Shown here: in pieces, positions 57,338 to 64,000 of the stretch
How positions within the stretch are numbered: the stretch's first letter is position 1
Layout: each line of letters begins with the position of its first letter
NCBI RefSeq assembly: GCF_037042905.1
Contig: NC_087252.1
Location: 1,428,001 to 1,492,000 of the forward strand
Origin: Lytechinus pictus
Taxonomy: Eukaryota
Direction of reading: 5' to 3'
DNA: 64,000 nucleotides
Notes under the pieces: generated by a model
The model's input: only the letters and a program-made list of their open reading frames with translations
Database searches by the model: none
What the model was told of the DNA's origin: nothing
Program-made: the position numbers and the translations under genes

Positions 57338-60200
57338 ATGTATGTACTCACAGATGTAGGATCAAGGCCAGTTGCGCTACAGATGTACATTACATTGTAC
57401 ATACATATTTTACATTTATAATGTATTTATTAAAAATACAAAACACATACATGTTGTGCAGTGTCTGGCAGAATACTGAAGTGATCATTCTACTGTACAT
57501 ATAGTACTGTACATGTATTTTACTGGGCATGTATGTATCTATACATGTCATTATTACATACATGTACATGTACGTTCAGGTCAAAGACCTGCCCATGTTC
57601 AGGGAGACAGTGTCCATGTTCTTATTAATGCACAATGTGCCATGTGTTGACGACATAAAATAACAATGGATGATTCAGAGCAGCAATAGTCTCTATGTCA
57701 CAGACTCAGTGATACATGACAGGTGGGGTCTGATTAGTCTGTTGTGCAAACCCTTCACTCAAGTTTCAGGGTCTGAATGCACAGCCTATAATACCTTGCG
57801 CACAGTAGGCCCCTCTTGCTCAGAAACTGAAAGAGCAAGTCTTGTGCTAGTCTTGTGTGAAGACCCACTTTTGCTGATTTAGTTTCAATCAGGGACTGTG
57901 ACTACAGACTACACACAAGGTCTGATTGCAAATGGGTTGGAAGGGGGCTAGTATTAAGGGAAGCCTACATGTACATGTATGATAAAGGTTGAGACTGCTA
58001 AATGTTACCTTTAAAAAAAAATATGTAGGCGATGTGTCTGATACATCAAGACTACAAACAATGGGTGCAAATCAACCATCTCCTCTAAACCTCTTTGTTG
58101 TTTATTTAAATTGACAATGATTCATTGCAGGATTTGCATATTATATATGAAAACTCTTACCTTTCCCCAAAATAGGAATGTTCTTTTTACTGTAGGAACA
58201 GTGGCAATTACTTGTACTGTATGCTGTTACTATGCGCATTATAGACCTACATGTACAGTGTACAATGTACATGTTTTCAAAAAATAAATCAACATGAGTA
58301 TGGAGGTGCAGACTACTCTTTCCAAGACAGGGATCACTACCAAACAGGGTAGCCAAGAAATGCACACAGATGTCATTAGAGTAACATACACTGTGTGAGC
58401 ATGCTACTGAAATCAATGCCCGGCTTCAGGTGATAGAAGGGTGTCCTAAAGGGCACAGTCTTGGCACTGAGGCATGTCATCTCCGTCTTCAGAAACTATG
58501 CCCCTGTGCGTCCCTTGGGCTGCCCATCTCATTCTCATGACATGCATGTACCGTGGACTGCTGCCTGCATTTAATTTATTCCTGATACATGGATGTTCAA
58601 TATGGTTCCATACATGTACAGCCCAGATACAACATGGTTCCTATCCAGTATTAAAGGGCCTCAACAGACAACAGCAGGAGCATTTTTTGTTCAATTTAAC
58701 TGTTAACAAATCTAGAAATGTCAAAGTAATTGAAAGAGGTGTGAAAATGACAGTCCAAGAATAGACCAGTTCGTACATGTAGTTACTTCATGGACAATTT
58801 TGGTCAAATTACCTTTCTTTTCTTTCATTATGATAGGCAAATTTCAAAGCAAGATATTACCTAAGCATGCCTTACATAGCAGGATGAAGAAATTGAATAG
58901 ACCAGGTGACTAGAATAGCACACCAATGAACACTCTAATGAAGGTATTTTGTTGTATTTCTACTTTTAATGCATATTATAGCATGCTGCACAATGAACTT
59001 GGCAAACTGTGAAATACCAGTCTGCAGTCGTTCGTGGCTCATTGTTTTTTTTCGTGGATGTAAATGAAAAAATACTCGCGTCGGCCGATAAATATCATGA
59101 ATTGTAAAATACTTGCATCGGCCGATAAATATCATGAATCAATTGTAAAATACTTGCATCGGCCGATAAATATCATGAAATCACTTCATGAAATTTATCG
59201 GCCGATGCAAGTATTTTCATTTATCTAAGTTGGCACTGCTCATGATATTGTAGCCCTCTATACGCGTCTAGTATCTTTGGCTACGATAACAAAGACGGCA
59301 AGATGGCGACAATAACATATGTAAGTAAACGCTCAGACTCAACTTTTAATATTTTAATGTATTTAAGCGTCATTTTATGACAAAAACTGACAATTTTTGG
59401 CCAAGTTGCCAACCAATATTGCACTTGTATTTGTAGCCCATTTACATAAGTTTGGGCACAAAACCCTCAAGATAACTCGTATTTTGGCGCAACATTATTG
59501 TTGCCTAATTCGTCGGTGCGTGTAGAGCAATGGTATGCCGTCCCAGGCTTAATGGAGAGTAAGCCTACGTCAGTAAAATGACTTAGCCTAGTTTTACTCT
59601 CCAGAAGCCTCCAGGCTAGTCGTGCCATAAAGTGTCCCGCACTGGCACGCATCAATGCGGGGCAATGCGGGCACCACAATGTGTACAACTACAAGTGTCA
59701 ACCAGGCATAAAATTAAGACTAAGTTATGCATTATTACAATCCAACCTCAAATCGGTTGACTCAGGCTCAGTAATGAAATTAGTGAAGTGAACATGGACA
59801 TGGTGAAACATCAATTGTGCCCAAATCACGACACAACATAATAAAAACAATATTAACAAAATATCTCAATTTCATCTAAGAGATTTATTTTACGAGTCAA
59901 ATAAAAACTCATTTCTCTCTGACTCTGTCATGATCATATCATAGGGCCATGCCCAACAATCATGGCCAAAACAGGCAGTCATGAGCAACAGTCAACACTC
60001 AACAAACACACCACCATTCCTGCTGCATCATGTGCATGCAACTCGCAATGGCAAAACTACCCGTGCTTCGAGTTCGAGTTTACGAATTGCCCCTGCGAAT
60101 TGCGTGCAGCACCATTATGAGTATGACAACACAAAACATCTGCACACCACACAGCAGCAAAAGTTAGAGACGACAACGTTAGAAATAATGTGGATTTTAC

Positions 60201-60365
60201 CTTTGTTCTCGTTGGTACATGAGTTGCTAATTTGACAACAGCAAAATTTCCTTTTCCAATGGCTTTCTCGATTTCGTATTGTCCAACACGTATTTGTCCT
60301 CTTGGTCTGGAGGCATTTGATATTCCATGACCGCCGCTGGTCTGCGGCTGACGGCTGGACGCCAT
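60201..60365 (-). CDS. SIK3: SIK3-like kinase, coding exon 1 (MASSRQPQTS...RVGQYEIEKAIGKGNFAVVKLATHVPTRTK)
   Basis: ATG at 60365 in AAAACATGG context; Gly-rich loop IGKGNFAVVKLA typical of SIK/MARK kinases; ends AAG|GTAAAA, phase 0, 165 nt. Confidence 0.93.
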
Positions 60366-60389
60366 GTTTTCCTCAGTACTGTGCTAGCT

Positions 60390-60425
60390 ATCGAACTGAG
60401 ATCGCGATAGAATATCGATAAGATT
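60390..60425 (-). promoter_or_regulatory. Putative core promoter of SIK3-like gene
   Basis: Inr-like TCAGTT (60394-60399, minus), ATCGCGAT palindrome (60401-60408), DRE-like TATCGATA (60413-60420); local CpG enrichment. Confidence 0.4.
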
Positions 60426-61050
60426 TTTCAATCGAATTTTTCTTCTTCTTAGAACTTCTTCTTTTCTTATCAGGAAAGGACAGAATGAAATGCGGGATGA
60501 AAATGTAAGGTTTCTATTCCAGACCACCCCCCCCCCTCGTTGAACTCAAATCGTCAAGAACTAGGTGCACTAGCTAGAAGGGAGCAAACATTACGAAGAT
60601 AATAAGGGATGGGGGTCACCCTCAATATTGTGGCATTTAAATAAACCATGAAATTTGTTTTTTTTTCTCAAAATTTATTTGACAGTAAGAAAAAGCCACT
60701 GAGAAATATATATAAGGGGTTATAAATCCGGATGTACTAATAAGAGAAATAAAATGATGTGTCATGTATGCCACCCGTATGCATATCCATACCCATAGGC
60801 CTATATTTCCTTCATTTATTTAACTTTTGGTTTGTTTATTGATTTTTGCTGTCTTTCAAAGTAAAGACATATTTTGTTTGCTCATTTAAATTGGAGAAAC
60901 CATGCAAGATCAGTAATGAGGCCAAAGCTTTAATATGGCTGGCCTCATTAGTGGAGAGGGACGGAACGTGAGCGACCAAGAGAAGAGAGAGGGAGAGAGC
61001 GCGTGCAAGACAGGAAGCCTGCAGGAGGCTATGAGGAGATGGATCGAGAG

Positions 61051-61211
61051 CAGTGGCGGGGCCAAGGGGGGGGGGCGCATTGGGGGCACCCCCCCCCCCT
61101 CCCTTCGAAATTTTAAAAACTGAAAAATTCTAATAAGTAACCCTGTGCCCCAAAAATATTTTCTTTTGGCCCCACAGTGCTCCCCCCCCCCCCTTCTATT
61201 TACTGCCACTG
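61051..61211. mobile_element. hAT-like GC-rich MITE
   Basis: CAGTGGC...GCCACTG ends; imperfect 8-bp TSD ATCGAGAG / TTGGAGAG. Confidence 0.55.
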
Positions 61212-61361
61212 TTGGAGAGATGCGGGATAAGAGCTAAGAAGCGGTAACTTGGAGAGAGGGAGGAGACAGTGGAGATGAGATGAGGAGGCAGAAGAGGGGG
61301 GTAACCCGGAGGGGTAACCACGGGGGTAACTAATGATGGAGAGAGTTGCGGGAAGCATTAA

Positions 61362-61928
61362 AGGGATGGTCCGGGCTGAAAGTATAGCTTAATAGATAGA
61401 ATAGAATTCACTATTAAAGCAAAATGCCGAAAATTCCATCAAAATCAGATAACAAATAACAAAGTTATTGAATTTTAAAGTTTAGCAATATTTTGTGAAA
61501 ACAGTCGTCATGAATATTCATTAGGTAGGCTGATGATGTCATATCCCCACTTGTTCTTTTGTATTTTATTATATGAAATTAGGTTTATTCAAATTTTTTC
61601 CTCCAAGAACTATATAGAAAAATTGGATTGACAACTGATTTAGTGCATTAGTTGCTGTACTTATTTCATTATAAGGGAGACATATTATTCACACAAGTAT
61701 GGAATAATGAAAAAAAATTATTATTTCATGTAATACATAAGAAACGGAGAATGGGGATGTGACATCATCAGCCCACCTAATGAATATTCATGACGACTGT
61801 TTTCACAAACTTTAAACTTCAATAACTTTATTATTTGTTATCCAATTTTGATGAAGTTTTCGGCATTTTGCTCAGTGAATTCTACTCTATGTATTAAGAT
61901 ATAAATATTTTCAACCCGGACCATCCCT
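61362..61928. mobile_element. Kolobok-like MITE
   Basis: TTAA TSD; TIR AGGGATGGTCCGGGYTGAAA; long internal inverted arms. Confidence 0.8.
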
Positions 61929-62011
61929 TTAAATAGAGAGCCTAGTCAGTGTGGGAGAGAGGGGGAGGGGAATGAGCCTATGGAGGGAGAGAGAGTGAAA
62001 GAGGGGACATC

Positions 62012-62119
62012 CCGATAGACCGCGGGTCCGATAGACCGCGGGTCCGTTAGACCGCGGGTCCGATAGACCGCGGGTCCGATAGTCCGCGGGTCCGATAGAC
62101 CGCGGGTCCGATAGTCCGC
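62012..62119. repeat. 17-bp CpG-rich tandem repeat, ~6 units
   Basis: Unit CGATAGACCGCGGGTCC. Confidence 0.9.
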
Positions 62120-62271
62120 AGTGTGTGTAAAATTATGATCAGATATATAAAATGTAATCGTGAGGTCCAAAGGTCAAATGATACGAGGCCATGGGGTTCT
62201 ATCAGGTGCGGATCCATGGGGGGCCGAGGGGGAACTGCCTCAGCCCCCCCCCCCCCCCCCACCCCCAGCTC

Positions 62272-63165
62272 AAAAAAAGAGGGGGGGAGGGGAAAAGGGA
62301 GAAAGAAAAAAAAGAGGAAGATGGGAAAAGAAGAGAATAGAAAAGAGAGTACGAAGGAGAAAGGAAGAGAAGAAAAAAAGAGAAGAAAAAGAGGAAAGGA
62401 AAGACAAAGAAAATGGGAAAAGAAAAGGGGAAAGAAGAGAAAAAAGAGAGGAGGGAAAAGGAAGAGAAGAAAAGAAAGGAGAAGGGAAAAGGAGGAAAAA
62501 GAAGGAAAAAAAAGAGGAAGGAATAGAAGAATATTTAAATAGAGGAAGATGGGAAGAAAGATAAGAAAAAAGAGAGAGAGGAAGAGGGGAAAAGAAGAAA
62601 AGAAAGCGAGAGAGAGGGGAAGGGGGAGGGAGAGAAGAAAAAAAGATTAAAAGAAAAAAAGGGGGAAAGGAAAGAAAAGAAAAAGGGAAAAGTAAAGGGG
62701 AAAGAGAAAAAAGAGGAAGAGGGGCAAAGAAAGAAAAGAAAAGAACGGAGTAAGGAAAAGGAGGAAAAGAAGAAGAAAAAAAGAGGAAGAAAGAGAATAA
62801 TATTTAAAGAGAGAGGAAGATGGGAAAAAAGAAAAAAAAGAAAGAGTAAGGGGGGAGGAAGAGAAGAAAAACGAGAAAAGAGAGAGGAAAAGAGGGAAAG
62901 AAAAGACAGAAAAAGAGAAGAAAAGGGGGAAAGAAAAGATGGGGGAAAAGGAGAAGAAAAGGGGGAAAGGAAGACAATAAATGAGAGAAGAAAAGGGGAA
63001 AATAAAGAGAAGAAAAAGAGAGAGAGAGGAGGAAAAGAAGAGAAGAAGAAAAGGGGAGAGGAAGAGGGGGAAAGAAAGAGAGAAAGAAAGAGAAAGGAAG
63101 GAAGGGGAATGAGGATAAGAGAAAGAAAAAAAGAAAGAAATGGAGATGGGAAACGGAAGAGGGAG
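62272..63165 (+). repeat. ~900-bp polypurine (GA-rich) low-complexity tract
   Basis: Almost exclusively A/G on the plus strand. Confidence 0.95.
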
Positions 63166-64000
63166 ATGTTGACCTGGACGTCGATTTGATGGCACCAAAA
63201 TGACGTTCGAACTATGGGGCGCCGAACTGATGTTTGAACTAGAGGGGGGCGCCAAATTAATATTCGAACTAGGGGAGCGCTAATTTGAATTTTGACTATA
63301 TGGCGACAAATACATGTTTCAGAGAGGGGGAGGGAGGGCAAAGTTATATTTCACATGGGGGCGCCAAGTTTATGTTCAACCGAGGGCGACAAATTGACCT
63401 TGAACTTAGGGGGCTTAATGCAAATTCATTTTTGACCGGGGGCGCAACATTGCTCGTATTGCCTGTTTATAGTGAAATATATGTCCTGCCCAAAAAACTT
63501 AAATTAATGCGGCTGAATTAAAATATCCCGTTTTTACGATAACAGACAAAACCAATGTTTTTGAGTTTTAAGTCTGTTTAGCGAGATAGATACCCTGTTC
63601 AGGGTCACAAAAAAGGGTTATTATCAAATTCAGCTCGCGCTACGCGCTTGCAATATTTGATTAATGAGGTATGCATCTTCTGCATCAATCCCACATGTAA
63701 GTGTTAGTGTTTTTCAAGTCAACATACATTGGCCGATCCAGGGGGCAAAGATTCCCCCCCCCCCCATGGTGGCGCAAAAAAGGGGTAAGAAACAGAAAAA
63801 AGAGAAAAAGGACAAGCAATTAGAATAGGAATTATACCTTAGTCTTTCTTAAGTCAGTATATAAAAAAATTGAGCTCGCGCTTCGCGCTGGCATCAATAA
63901 ATTGTTTAGTTATATACGCATCCCGACCTTACAGTTTTTAATGCGAACGAGAAGCACAAGCTGAAAATATTTGATATTCTAACCTGACAACTGAAAATGT

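Noticed and set aside
62123..63341. K/R/E-rich and F/S/L-rich ORFs up to 268 aa
   Set aside because: Artefacts of the polypurine tract

Overview
AT-rich, repeat-dense eukaryotic (metazoan) genomic DNA. The repeat landscape suggests a marine invertebrate, probably an echinoderm/sea urchin (inference only). The one supportable protein-coding gene is the 5' part of an AMPK-related salt-inducible kinase, best matching SIK3/QSK, on the minus strand. Its five coding exons (60201-60365, 8823-9003, 5505-5666, 3976-4100, 3001-3124) all have GT-AG boundaries and join in frame; the gene continues off the left edge. Intron 1 is about 51.2 kb and packed with non-autonomous DNA transposons (Kolobok-, Harbinger-, hAT-, IS3EU-, Crypton- and Helentron/HINE-like), tRNA-derived SINEs and satellites, several nested with visible target-site duplications and empty sites. 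Most notable observations: (1) a strong polypyrimidine-CAG|GTAAGT candidate recursive-splicing site near the midpoint of intron 1, with an in-frame 33-nt cryptic exon; (2) copy-to-copy evidence that the abundant TACATGTA/TACAGTA words are short insertions at TA, resembling Tc1/mariner excision footprints; (3) two independent partial tandem duplications of kinase exons; (4) a four-level nested transposon stack carrying a Pol III-like cassette; (5) inverted MITE copies flanking exons 2-5. No prokaryotic system, CRISPR array or autonomous transposase ORF was found. Repeat family names are structural inferences, not database hits.
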